From NCBI GenBank assembly GCA_045863235.1, contig BTUM01000081.1:1-35919 (forward strand): a DNA stretch of 35,919 nucleotides, given 5' to 3'. The number at the start of each line of letters is the position of its first letter. Positions within the stretch are counted from its first letter, which is position 1. A program made the translations under genes and the position numbers. The notes under the pieces are model-generated. The model saw nothing but the letters and a program-made list of their open reading frames with translations, was not told where the DNA came from and made no database searches. Below are positions 9,992-19,524 of this stretch, in pieces. The DNA is from Candidatus Xenobia bacterium (lineage in GTDB: Bacteria; Vulcanimicrobiota; Xenobia; Xenobiales; QWHO01).

Positions 9992-10005
9992 TTGACCTGC
10001 CTCAA
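9992..10005 (-). promoter_or_regulatory. Crp/Fnr-type box with extended -10 TGaTAGGGT (hexamer 9963-9968)
   Basis: TTGAGGCAGGTCAA; 23 bp to -10; 6 nt to nnrS ATG. Confidence 0.8.
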
Positions 10006-10393
10006 GTCGGTCGTCCACGCCGTCATGCTCGACGAGGGCGGCGAGATTTCACGAGAATCGAGGGCGTTTGCGCCCGAGCGTCCACGCGGCCCGGAGGAGC
10101 CCAACCCTGCCCTGGAGCCTGGTCCTGCGACTCGAGGAGTGAGCCTTTGGCCTGTCAGACAGCGGATACAAACTTCGTTCTTCCGGACCATTTGGCGGAG
10201 CTCGACCCTGATTCAGGCTGACCAGCCATGGCCGAGGCGAGTGGTTCCCTGACCTGACTGGCAACCTCAGCCTTGATCGCCGGCGGGAGGCTTGGCCGTT
10301 CTTGCCTGGCTGAGCGGCCCCTGCGCCGGCCTGGTTCGGCGCGGCGGCGAAGGGCCCACCAATCGGGAGATGAGACAGCCGACTCCGGGTCGC

Positions 10394-11893
10394 TCACACG
10401 TTTGACTCCGGGCTGCGCTCCTGAATCGCCTGCAGAACCTGATGCCTGGAAAAGGGCTTCTCCAGCACGGGGAGTTCGAAGTTCGCGCTGGCTGCCTCCA
10501 GAATCGAGTGCGGGAGCCCGGAGAGGAGTATCGTTCGGGCGCCAGCCTGGAGGACCGCAGAGGGATCTTCCTTCAGGACATCCAGATCGGCGAGCACCAG
10601 ATCGACCGGCTTGATCTCAAGCATTCTCTTGAGCTCGCAGGCGTGCTTGACTTCAATGACCTCCAATCCCAGACCCTCGAGTACCCGCCGCAACATCATC
10701 CGCTCGGAGGACTCGGGATCGAGAACGAGAGCGACCTGACCTCCCTTGAGATCTGCCAGGGGAGGCTCGACAAGACTGATGGGAAGAAAGAGACGAAAGG
10801 CGGTGCCCAGGCCCGGTCGAGAGTAGACCGACAACTCTGCTCCCATCTCTCGAGCCAGGGTGAATACGGTGGAGAGGCCCAGCCCCGTTCCTCTCGGCTT
10901 GGTTGTGAAGAACGGCTCAAAAATTCTTGCCAGGGCTTCAGGCTCGATCCCGCAGCCATTGTCGGCGACTGTCAGGACGGCGTAGGCGGGATGGGTCAGG
11001 CGAAGATCTGGGCCGAGGTAAGGGAACTGAAGCCACATGGCTGAGGTGGACAGGTAGATCTGCCCATCGCAAGAGAGGGCATCGACCGCATTGACCACCA
11101 GGTTCATGATGATCTGCTCGAGTGAGGTGGGGTTCGCCCTGACGTGCAGGGGGGAACGATCCGCAAGCGAGAGATGCAGCCGGATGCGATTGGCCAGGAG
11201 AGGACGAACAAGGGGCTGCAACTCCAAGAGCAGCTCATTGAGGTCGACGCGGGTCGCCTCGCGTACCTCATTGCGGGCAAACTGCAGGAGATGGCCGACA
11301 ACGTTGGAGGCCTTTTGCCCGGCCAGGAATATCTCTTCGACCGGAGTCACAAGTCGCTCCTCTCCCGGGGGTAAGAGACGCTTGAGGATCTGGCAGTTTC
11401 CAAGGATGATCGTCACCAGGTTGCGAAAGTCGTGGGTCATTCCGGCCGCCACCCGGCCCAGAGCCTCCATCTTCTGAGCCTGGTGGGCCTGAGCCAGGGC
11501 CTGGCGCGACACCTGGTCGACCTTTCGCCGCTCTACCGCGAACCTTATCGCCCGATAGAGCTCACCCTCCGGCAAACGCGAGAGAGCCATGTGCTCGTCG
11601 GCTCCCAGGCGCACTGCGGCAAGACCGAGCTGGTAGTTTGGGTCGGACGTCAGCGCGAGGATCGCCGATACAGAGGCCACAGGAGCCAGCTCCGCCAGGG
11701 TGTCCAGGTCCGTGTGGGAGTCAACCTGCACGAGGATCGCATCAAAGTTGCGACGCCCGAGCTCCGTTTTGGCCTCGATTCGCTCCCGGACCAGCACCCT
11801 GCAAACTGGCTCTCGCTCCAGAAGGGCCAGCGTGGCTTCCCTCAGTCGCCCTGGTCGCGCGACGAGCAAGATATCCAATGCCACAGAATACAT
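10394..11893 (-). CDS. Hybrid sensor histidine kinase (REC-HisKA-HATPase-REC), cytoplasmic
   Basis: [20 protein letters not shown]-box, [37 protein letters not shown]. Confidence 0.9.
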   Translation of the reverse strand: MYSVALDILLVARPGRLREATLALLEREPVCRVLVRERIEAKTELGRRNFDAILVQVDSHTDLDTLAELAPVASVSAILALTSDPNYQLGLAAVRLGADEHMALSRLPEGELYRAIRFAVERRKVDQVSRQALAQAHQAQKMEALGRVAAGMTHDFRNLVTIILGNCQILKRLLPPGEERLVTPVEEIFLAGQKASNVVGHLLQFARNEVREATRVDLNELLLELQPLVRPLLANRIRLHLSLADRSPLHVRANPTSLEQIIMNLVVNAVDALSCDGQIYLSTSAMWLQFPYLGPDLRLTHPAYAVLTVADNGCGIEPEALARIFEPFFTTKPRGTGLGLSTVFTLAREMGAELSVYSRPGLGTAFRLFLPISLVEPPLADLKGGQVALVLDPESSERMMLRRVLEGLGLEVIEVKHACELKRMLEIKPVDLVLADLDVLKEDPSAVLQAGARTILLSGLPHSILEAASANFELPVLEKPFSRHQVLQAIQERSPESNV

Positions 11894-12031
11894 CGCTTAC
11901 CTCTGCAAACTGACGCAAACCCCCTTGGCCCTCCGCTACCACCAGATGTTTCGTGCCACGGCCGGACCTCAATAATCGCGCTGGAGAACCGGGTCAAGGG
12001 GTGGCCGCGCTCCTGGACGTTGGCCTTCGAT

Positions 12032-12928
12032 TCAGGAAAGAGCCAGCCGTATGCGGCGTGGGTGGAGCGATGGCAGGCCTTGCCAGATCTCCTGGGATGC
12101 AGGTGCGGCCGTGACCTCAAGGACGACCTCGTTCCAGGGACTCAACAGGCGGTACACGGCCTGAAATCCGTCCTGCTCATACTCGAGGTGGCTGAGCTGG
12201 ATGCCCGCTAGAGGGCGATTGTCCCTCAGCGACCGGGGCTCAGGAACCTCTAAGCAATACGGCGTACCATGCGGGAGAATGATGTCCACCTTCAAGCTGG
12301 AGGTCTCGAATCGGTAATGACGGAGTTGGGCGACCAACTCGGCTCGTCGAGACTTCCGCACATGGCCTGGAGCCACTTGAGCTCGGAGCTGAGTCGACGG
12401 CGCTGCCTCGCCGGTGAGCTGGCCGAGAAGCTCGACCACGGCGCTGTCGGGCTCGCACAACTCGACCCCGACCAGCCAGCGTTTCGGGTCCCGTTGCTTG
12501 CACCAGACCGAGCGTGCGGTTGTCCTCAGGGGAGCATCCACAGACTCAAGCTCAATCTCGAGAGCAAGCCTGGTGTCGGGTGAAACTGGCCCCTCCGTCT
12601 CGAGCAAGAACCCGCTGATGCTGCAATTTGAGGTTACCGCTCGGTAACCGGGCAACTGGGCTGACATGACCCGGCTTCGCAGGACAGTCCGCCCGTGACG
12701 CCTGATTCCCGGCGTAGAGTTCCTATCTGCAGTCGTGCCCGCCAGATCACGGGCCATTCCAGAAAGCACGTATCCCCCATCACTGTGAGGGCGGCAGCTC
12801 TCAACTTTGAGCCTGGCCTTCCCTTCCAGAGCCACCTCGCGGTCCCGGTCCACGGGGCGAGAGGAGAGCACGGTAGCTTTCTCTCCCCGGACTTCCAGCA
12901 AAGTAACTCGATTCTTCCATCGCAGCAT
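12032..12928 (-). CDS. PilZ-domain (c-di-GMP-binding) protein
   Basis: RRHGR (RxxxR) and NCSISG (D/NxSxxG) motifs, ARSVW...GVE; GGAGG SD. Confidence 0.75.
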   Translation of the reverse strand: MLRWKNRVTLLEVRGEKATVLSSRPVDRDREVALEGKARLKVESCRPHSDGGYVLSGMARDLAGTTADRNSTPGIRRHGRTVLRSRVMSAQLPGYRAVTSNCSISGFLLETEGPVSPDTRLALEIELESVDAPLRTTARSVWCKQRDPKRWLVGVELCEPDSAVVELLGQLTGEAAPSTQLRAQVAPGHVRKSRRAELVAQLRHYRFETSSLKVDIILPHGTPYCLEVPEPRSLRDNRPLAGIQLSHLEYEQDGFQAVYRLLSPWNEVVLEVTAAPASQEIWQGLPSLHPRRIRLALS

Positions 12929-12939
12929 GGCTTGCCTCC

Positions 12940-13059
12940 TCAGTGGTCAAAGGAATCGCTCCCACGGCAGCTCCAAGGGACAGCCGAGAAGCTGAAGGTT
13001 GCAGGTAGCGTCAGCATCAGGCTGACAACGAGAACGAGCAGCACCACTCCCTGCATCAT
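12940..13059 (-). CDS. 39-aa hydrophobic small protein/peptide, below the ORF track cutoff
   Basis: GGAGGTG SD then ATG; MMQGVVLLVLVVSLMLTLPATFSFSAVPWSCRGSDSFDH; TGA overlaps SD of the PilZ gene. Confidence 0.5.
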   Translation of the reverse strand: MMQGVVLLVLVVSLMLTLPATFSFSAVPWSCRGSDSFDH

Positions 13060-13119
13060 CGGGCTCTTCACCTCCGGATTCAGAGTACCGCGACCAGGTG
13101 AAGGCAGGGCAGTCAGGTT

Positions 13120-13177
13120 GATTAAATTTTTATTAACATATGCACGTTAATACGTGCAAATCTATTAACGTGTTAAG
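13120..13177. promoter_or_regulatory. AT-rich operator-like element with nested inverted repeats
   Basis: TATTAAC-N8-GTTAATA (13131-13152), TGCACGT-TAAT-ACGTGCA (13141-13158), TTAAC-GT-GTTAA (13165-13176). Confidence 0.5.
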
Positions 13178-13561
13178 TGGGAGCAAGTTTCTTTTCTGGG
13201 CGCGTGGTTGGAGCACCTGGGCACCCACCCGCCCAAGATCACCCGCCCCTGATCTCGATCCTGGCTTCCATCGGCTCAGGTTGAAGAACCAGGCGCCTTG
13301 AGCGCCTCACTTCACAGGCAAGAGGCAAACGCTGTCGGCGGTACAGGGAGCCGCCGGTCTTGTACTCGATGTGCAGGTCCTTGCCGCGAGGGTCGTGGGC
13401 CGGGTTGGCTCTAGCGCTGCGCCGGCTTGACAGCTCGCCGGTGTGCGATTTCGAGCCAGAACACTCTGCCTCCGGGGTATGCAGGGCCCAGCCGGGGGGC
13501 GGCCAGGATCACAGCTTTCTCGGAAGAGCCCGAGGTGCGCCTGACGGCCGCTCGTCTGCTT

Positions 13562-14002
13562 CTACTTCTGCTCAGGGACCAGGGTGGAGGCGAAACCGCC
13601 CCAGACGGCTCCCACCACGGCGCCGGTGAGGGCCGCGGCCAGGGGGCCTGCCTGACCTCCCGGGATGGTCAGGAAGAAGGCCGGCACGCCCATCAGGGCT
13701 CCCACCGCACGGCCTCCCGTCCCTCCGCCGAAGGTCTCCCCCAGCAATGTTGCGCCCACGGCCGCTCCGGCGACGCCCATCGCCAACTGGAAACCCAGAC
13801 CGGCCCAGTCGCCGGCGGCGGCATAGACCAGGGCCGTGGCGGCTGAGCTGGCCGCCCCGGCGGCGGCCCAGACGCCCGACCAGCGGGCCACGTGGTCGAG
13901 CGACGGGAGCGCTTCCTCGGGAGGCTCGGGCTCCTGGTCGCGGGGGGCGGGCGCGCTGGCGCGCACGGGGGTGTGCGTGGAGGGTGAGCAGGTGATCAAC
14001 AT
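13562..14002 (-). CDS. Small Gly/Ala-rich membrane protein (hypothetical)
   Basis: Several hydrophobic Gly-zipper-like segments; TGcTACCTT -10 lies 7 nt before ATG 14002. Confidence 0.6.
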   Translation of the reverse strand: MLITCSPSTHTPVRASAPAPRDQEPEPPEEALPSLDHVARWSGVWAAAGAASSAATALVYAAAGDWAGLGFQLAMGVAGAAVGATLLGETFGGGTGGRAVGALMGVPAFFLTIPGGQAGPLAAALTGAVVGAVWGGFASTLVPEQK

Positions 14003-14058
14003 GGACGGTAAGGTAGCACTCAGGTCCCGGGCGCCACGTTGCCCGAATGTTACCATCC

Positions 14059-14304
14059 GCCCTCGGCAGGCGACCCGACCCCCGAGTGCGGACGTGCCCC
14101 AGGTTTCGTCCTGGCCCCTCGGCAGGCGACCCGACCCTCGAGTGCGGACGTGTCCCAGGTTTCGTCTGGCCCCTCGGCAGGCGACCCGACCCCCGAGTGC
14201 GGACGTGCCCCAGGTTTCGTCCTGGCCCCTCGGCAGGCGACCCGACCCCCGAGTGCGGACGTGCCCAGGTTTCGTCCTGGCCCCTCGGCAGGCGACCCGA
14301 CCCT
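14059..14304. repeat. Intergenic tandem array, 4 units of 55-56 bp plus a partial fifth, each with two hairpins
   Basis: Units start 14061, 14117, 14172, 14228, 14283; CTCGG..CCGAG and CCAGG-TTTCGT-CCTGG stems. Confidence 0.95.
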
Positions 14305-14319
14305 CTGTTCGAAGTCTTC

Positions 14320-15048
14320 ATGGTGATAAAGGTGTGTGGCTTGATCCCTGCCTATGAGCCCCAGCCGGCCGTGGTGGACGCGGCGCGCGGATTGCTCGAG
14401 GGCGGCCTGGCTCGTCTGGTGGTGGTCGACGACGGCAGCCGGCGGCCCGGGACGGCCGAGATCTTTCAGGCCCTGCGCGAGCTGCCTCGCACCGAGGTGC
14501 TGGTGCACCCTCAGAATCGAGGCAAGGGCGCCGCTCTGCGCACGGGTCTTGCCCACATCCAGTCGACCGCCCCGGCCGGCGAGGTGGGAGCGGTCACCCT
14601 GGATGCCGACGGCCAGCATGCCGTGGAGGACGTGCTGGCCGTGGCCGACGAGTTGGAGAAGCACCCCCATGAGCTGGTGCTCGGCTGTCGCTCCTTCACC
14701 GAGGCCTGTGTTCCCGTGCCGCGCAAGATCGGCAGCGTGTTCCAACGGCTGGTGACCTTCTTGCTCTTGTTCAAGGACATCCGCGACGTGCAGACGGGTA
14801 TGCGAGGCATCCCCTTCGAGCTCTTCGGCGACCTGCTGGACATCAAGGCCGACCGCTTCGAGTGGGAGATGGAGATGATCTGGCGCTGTCGCAACCACCC
14901 GATCCGCCAGATTCGCGTGCAGAGCATCTACATCGGGAAAAACGAGAGCTCACACTTTCATCCCGTGCTCGATACGCTGAAGTTCTACGGCCGGCTGTTG
15001 GGCTTGCGCTTGCGCTCTCTGCTAGGAGCGCAGCCGCTAACCCCTTGA
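14320..15048 (+). CDS. Glycosyltransferase family 2 (polyprenol-phosphate glycosyltransferase-like)
   Basis: LIPAYEP, VVVDDGS, NRGKGAAL, TLDADGQH (DxD), DVQTGMRG, FEWEMEM. Confidence 0.9.
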   Translation: MVIKVCGLIPAYEPQPAVVDAARGLLEGGLARLVVVDDGSRRPGTAEIFQALRELPRTEVLVHPQNRGKGAALRTGLAHIQSTAPAGEVGAVTLDADGQHAVEDVLAVADELEKHPHELVLGCRSFTEACVPVPRKIGSVFQRLVTFLLLFKDIRDVQTGMRGIPFELFGDLLDIKADRFEWEMEMIWRCRNHPIRQIRVQSIYIGKNESSHFHPVLDTLKFYGRLLGLRLRSLLGAQPLTP

Positions 15049-15094
15049 CACGCCCACAAAGGTGTGCCAGAAATCCGGGCGCCTACAACATCTT

Positions 15095-15350
15095 GTGGTG
15101 GCGGAGGCGTGACGGGGGTCCCCGAGAGCGTATGGGCTCATTTCTAGCCAATGGTCAGCGGCCAAGCCCAGAGTCGGGCGTCCACTGATGGGGGGGGGCA
15201 GCCAGCTGGAACCGAGCGCAAGAGCTTGCAAGCACCCGGGCTGGCCTTGACCGATGGCCAGCCCGCGGTCAGGGCGACCCGCCAGTCCTGGAGGAACGAT
15301 GTCGTGCGGTCACCTCGAACCAGGAGCAGCAGCTTGCCTCCGCCTTCCAT
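15095..15350. ncRNA. Candidate ~250-nt structured non-coding RNA, family unidentified
   Basis: Intergenic; terminal helix GGCGGAGGCG (15100-15109)/TGCCTCCGCC (15335-15344); internal hairpins and possible pseudoknot. Confidence 0.4.
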
Positions 15351-15401
15351 GCCCGGCTGGGGAAGGACCCGAAGAGCTCCTCTGGGAAAGTCCGATCGAC
15401 G

Positions 15402-16481
15402 GTGTGCCCTTCGCGACAACAAGCAGCCCGAGGATTGGGATGCCTTCTCCTCCTGGCGCTCCTGGTAGGGGTGGCCCGGGCCGAGGATCCCGGGCCATCG
15501 ACCGTGACCGTGCTACGCCCCAACGGTCGACTGGTGGCCCACTACCTGCTGGATAAGGAGGGTGAGCGCCAGATCCGGGCCGGAACGGAGTCCCCCCACC
15601 TGGAATTTCTGCCCCGTTTCCTGGACTGGCACCACCAGGCCAACAAGCCGAAGCAGGTGGCATGGGATCCCGAGCGGCCTTCCCTGGGCCAGCTCCCCGG
15701 TGGCCACCTGCTGGTGCTCAAGAACGGCGAGCGCTTCGTGCTCGACGGCGAAGGGGTCCTGGGGCTGCTGGACCCTGCCGGCCAGTTCACGCCCCTCCTG
15801 CCCCACGCGCGGATCAGCGCCGGGGGCCGCAGCCTGACCACCGGCGAGCCTCAGTTCGCGGTGGCCGGCCTGCGGCTCTTCAGCGACTCCCCTGAGGGAG
15901 TCGTCTGCCGTCGCCTGCCCGATGGGGAGATCCTGTGGCGCTCCAACTGGCACCTCGGCCACGCGCGCTGGGACTGGGGTGTTTTCGAGGAGGAGGGAGC
16001 CCTCTACGCCGATACGACCCGGGGACTGGCCCGGATCGACCCCACCAGCGGCCGGGTCCTGTGGGTGTACCCGGATGCTGGCGAGCTCGAGAAGGTCCGG
16101 CTGGGTCCGGACGGGCTGCTTTACCTCACTTACCGCTACGCGGAACGGATCCGTCACACCCTGGGCAAGGCCGCGGTCGGTCGTTACGGCTGGCCCTGGA
16201 ACCCTGACGCCGCCTGGTTCGCGTTCAAGATCAACGTCGTCCCCTATCGCACGGGCTACTTTGGCCTCACCTACTACGATTCCAGGAAGGGCCCCCAGTA
16301 TCTCGACGAATGGCCGAACTGCCCGGGCGTCCTGGCCGTCTGGGAGTGCAAGGACGGCGTCTGGTCGTGGATCTTCGAGCTCAAGAACCCGGGCAAGCAC
16401 AGCCAGGACGCGCTGGACCGGATCTTTGCGCGCCATGGATTCTCTGGCTCGATGCGCAAGCGCCTGATGGAGTACCTGTAG
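15402..16481 (+). CDS. Exported hypothetical protein with PQQ-like beta-propeller repeats
   Basis: Signal peptide (LLLLALLVGVARA); DGEILW and IDPTSGRVLW propeller motifs. Confidence 0.65.
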   Translation: MCPSRQQAARGLGCLLLLALLVGVARAEDPGPSTVTVLRPNGRLVAHYLLDKEGERQIRAGTESPHLEFLPRFLDWHHQANKPKQVAWDPERPSLGQLPGGHLLVLKNGERFVLDGEGVLGLLDPAGQFTPLLPHARISAGGRSLTTGEPQFAVAGLRLFSDSPEGVVCRRLPDGEILWRSNWHLGHARWDWGVFEEEGALYADTTRGLARIDPTSGRVLWVYPDAGELEKVRLGPDGLLYLTYRYAERIRHTLGKAAVGRYGWPWNPDAAWFAFKINVVPYRTGYFGLTYYDSRKGPQYLDEWPNCPGVLAVWECKDGVWSWIFELKNPGKHSQDALDRIFARHGFSGSMRKRLMEYL

Positions 16482-16539
16482 GTCTCTCAACACATGAGAG
16501 CCCGAGATCGACCAGCTCACCTTCGGAGCAAGGCGCTGG

Positions 16540-17931
16540 TCAGGCCAGCAACCCGAGGCAGCGATCGATCTCCTCGGCCACCGGTCGCTCCACCTTGATC
16601 CCCGGAAAGGGACCGTAGAGTGCGCCCAGGGCGGCTCCCACCAGGGCCCCCAGCGAACTGGGGTCCATCGTGCCCCGGGTCGCCTGACGCAGGGCCTCGG
16701 GCGGATTGTCGGCGTGGCGCTCGAGCACGAAAAGAAAGCTGGGCACCAGCTCCAGCAGATACGGTCCCGAGCCCCACTCGCGCATGGCCTGGGCGGCGCT
16801 CAAGCCGCGGCTTCTTGCGTCGGGCAGCGCCAGGCGCACGAAGTCGGACAGGCGGCCCTTCCAGCCGTCGAAGCGGCGGGCCTGGGCCTCGTAGTGCTGG
16901 CTGGTCTCCAGCCCCTCCATCGCTTCCAGGAACCTTTGCGAGAACCACTCGGGATCGGGCGGTGCCCCCATGTTGGTCAGATCCCAGAGCAGAGCGGCAA
17001 AGCCCAGGCAGCTGGCCAGGGCGGAGCTATCACGATGCGTGAGCAGGCAGGCCACGGCCACATCCGACCACAGAGCTCGGGTCGACTGCCTGGCGTGCAG
17101 GGCCAGCACCGGGGCGATGCGCCGCAGAGCCCCGCAGCCGGCCGAGTGCGAGCCCAGCTCGAACCAGGGCATCCCGATGCGCTGGCGCATCATGCAGAAA
17201 GTGTGGCTGGGTCGCGGCACAGCGGTCCCGGCCAGAGCCTGAGAGAGCAATACCGGGTTCAGCTCGCCCTCCTCGGCCAGGCACGCCAGCGTGGCCATGG
17301 CCAGCATGCTGCCTTCGGCCTGGCCAGGCTTGCCCAGGCGCAGAATGTCACTCCAGGTGCGCGTCTGGCCCAGGCTCTCGCCGAACACCAGGCCCAGCAG
17401 CATGCCCCGCATGCGGTACTGACCTCCCCTTGTGACAGGGGGGCTCGTGGTCAAAAGCGGGCCCTCCTGGAGGGGGATCTGTCCGCGCCGTATCAGGGCG
17501 TTGAGCACCCTCTCACCGCCAGACTGCTTGAGCATGGTCGAGCCGCGACCGTGGCCGTGGCCATGCATGGCTGCCTTCTTGTGGCCCGAGCTGTGCTCCC
17601 CGCGCTCGATGGTGGCGATCAGGTCGCGTAGGGTGCGCGCATCGAAATCGCCCAGGTCAGGGGTCTGGAGCGCCTGTCTGAGCATCACCAGAGCCCCGGC
17701 CTCATCGTCCAGCAGAAGCTTTTGCATGGCCTCTTTGCGAGCCACGGCGATGATGGCGCTGGCCACCTGCTCGGCCACCTCCGGATGACGGGGCAGAGCG
17801 GCTCGCTCGCGGGCCGTCATGCCGGGCAGCTCCAGCGCGGCCTCGACGAGCTCTTCCTGGCCTGTCTCGGGGGACCGGTAATACAGCCTCAGCTTGAGCA
17901 AGGGGCCCCGGTACGAGCGAGGCGCGGCGGC
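16540..17931 (-). pseudogene. ADP-ribosylglycohydrolase-fold protein with degenerate metal site, probably 5'-truncated
   Basis: RGMLLGLVFGESLG, SAGCGALRRIAPV, LTHRD, LGALVGAALGALYG; frame open to a TAA at 17932-17934 inside a repeat; only a TTG without SD near the 5' end. Confidence 0.55.
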
Positions 17932-18012
17932 TTAGCTGGTTTGCCCTGCAACAGTCCGAATCATGTCGCGCACTTCCGGGGCTTTAGCTGGTTTGCCCTG
18001 CAACAGTCCGAA
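17932..18012. repeat. Two identical 29-bp direct repeats separated by 23 bp
   Basis: TTAGCTGGTTTGCCCTGCAACAGTCCGAA at 17932-17960 and 17984-18012. Confidence 0.9.
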
Positions 18013-18150
18013 CTGACAAACCTGAAGGATTCTCGTTCGACTGACCTGTGCAGCAGCCATCCGATGCGAGGGACGCCCCACCGGCTTGAGTTCTGCTGCG
18101 GGCCCGCGTGCGGTCAGGTGGTGGCCGAAGCCGGTCGTGATCGGGCTGCC

Positions 18151-19524
18151 TCAGGCGGGGGCGCAGGCGACCAGCTCGGGGGCCAGGCTGGCGCTAAAGT
18201 GGCGCAGGAAGGGCGGCTCGCGCAGGATGCGATAGCCGGGCAACTCGCTGGCCCGGGCCGCCACCCGCTCGGCCACCTCGATGACGTAGTCGATGTGGGC
18301 CTGGGTGTAGACCCGCCGGGGCACCGCCAGGCGTAGCAGCTCGAGGCGCGCGCCCGGGAACATGAGCGAGCCCACCTCCACGCCGCGCACCCCGCCCTCG
18401 AGGTAGAAGGCGGCTCCCAGGGCCTGGCCCGGGAACTGATCGGGGCGCAGGTGAGACAGCAGACGCCCGGCATCGGCGAACACGGCGTGTCCGCCGGGGG
18501 GGTGGACCACGGGAATCCCGGCCCGCTCCAGACCCTCGGCGAAGTAGGCGATGCTGCGCACTCGATAGCGCAGGTAGTCCTCGTCCAGGGCCTCGAGCAG
18601 GCCCACCGCCATGGCCTCCAGGTCGCGGCCGGCCAGGCCTCCGTAAGTGGGGTAGCCTTCCCCCAGGATCAGCTCGCAGCGAAACTTCTCGGCCCACTCC
18701 GGCAGGCGGGTGCAGAGCAGGCCGCCGATGTGCACGATGCCATCCTTCTTGGCCGACAGCGTGCACCCGTCGGCCAGGTCGAACATGCGCCGGGCGATCT
18801 CGGGCAACCGCCAGCGGTCGTAGCCGGGCTCGCGCACGTGGATGAACCAGGCGTTCTCGGCAAAGCGAGCGGCGTCGAGGAAGAAGGGAACCTCGTAACG
18901 CCGGCACAGGGCGCTGACCGACTCGATGTTGGCCATGCTGACCGGCTGCCCGCCCACGGCGTTGTTGGTCAGCGTGAGCATGACCAGGGCCACCTCCGAG
19001 CGACGCTGCTGCAGCGTCTCCTCCAGGATGGAAAGGTCCATGTTGCCCTTGAACGGGCAGGCGTGCATGGGATCCTCCGAGCCCGGGGTGGGCAGATCCA
19101 CCGCCGTGGCCCCGGCCTGCTCGACGTTGGCGCGGGTGGTATCGAAGTGGGTATTGTTGAGCACCAGTCGGCCGGGCTCGAGCACCGTGCGAGCCAGGAT
19201 GCGCTCGGCGGCCCGTCCCTGGTGGACGGGGAAGACGTGGGGGTAGCCGGTGAGCTCGTGCACCACCGCCTCCAGGCGCCGGAACGACCGGCTGCCAGCA
19301 TAGGTCTCGTCGCCCATCATCAGGGCGCTCCACTGCTCGGCACTCATGGCTCCCGTGCCCGAATCGGTCAGAAGATCGATGGTGACCTCTTCGGCCCGCA
19401 GTCCGAAGAGATTGTGCTCGGCCCGGGCCAGGGCCCGCTCGCGGGCTTTGCGGTCGAGCAGCGGGATGGGCTCCACGGCGCGAATGCGGAAGGGCTCGAT
19501 GATGGTGCGGAAGTCCCAGCTCAT
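18151..19524 (-). CDS. tnaA: Tryptophanase (tryptophan indole-lyase)
   Basis: IDLLTDSG, GDETYAGS, HFDTT, SAKKD PLP lysine, TYGGLAGRD, GVRGVEVGS, LRHF (TnaA-type D/H specificity residues); ATGA overlap with upstream gene. Confidence 0.9.
   Translation of the reverse strand: MSWDFRTIIEPFRIRAVEPIPLLDRKARERALARAEHNLFGLRAEEVTIDLLTDSGTGAMSAEQWSALMMGDETYAGSRSFRRLEAVVHELTGYPHVFPVHQGRAAERILARTVLEPGRLVLNNTHFDTTRANVEQAGATAVDLPTPGSEDPMHACPFKGNMDLSILEETLQQRRSEVALVMLTLTNNAVGGQPVSMANIESVSALCRRYEVPFFLDAARFAENAWFIHVREPGYDRWRLPEIARRMFDLADGCTLSAKKDGIVHIGGLLCTRLPEWAEKFRCELILGEGYPTYGGLAGRDLEAMAVGLLEALDEDYLRYRVRSIAYFAEGLERAGIPVVHPPGGHAVFADAGRLLSHLRPDQFPGQALGAAFYLEGGVRGVEVGSLMFPGARLELLRLAVPRRVYTQAHIDYVIEVAERVAARASELPGYRILREPPFLRHFSASLAPELVACAPA

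Noticed and set aside
9992..10393. Short ORFs between nnrS and the histidine kinase
   Set aside because: No recognisable motifs or SD; 9992-10252 begins inside the Fnr box
14059..14304. CRISPR array
   Set aside because: Whole units repeat with no unique spacers; no cas genes in the window
15095..15350. tmRNA, 6S RNA, SRP RNA, T-box or cobalamin riboswitch
   Set aside because: Only isolated short matches (ACCA end, CACCTCGAACC, TGGAACC); the required T-arm, helix-8 or B12-box context was not found
15385..15400. RNase P RNA (GGGAAAGTCCG resembles the conserved GAGGAAAGTCC)
   Set aside because: Other conserved regions are absent and the downstream sequence is a plausible CDS
17932..18012. Mini-CRISPR
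   Set aside because: Only two repeats, a short 23-bp spacer, no clear AT-rich leader and no cas genes; kept only as a direct repeat
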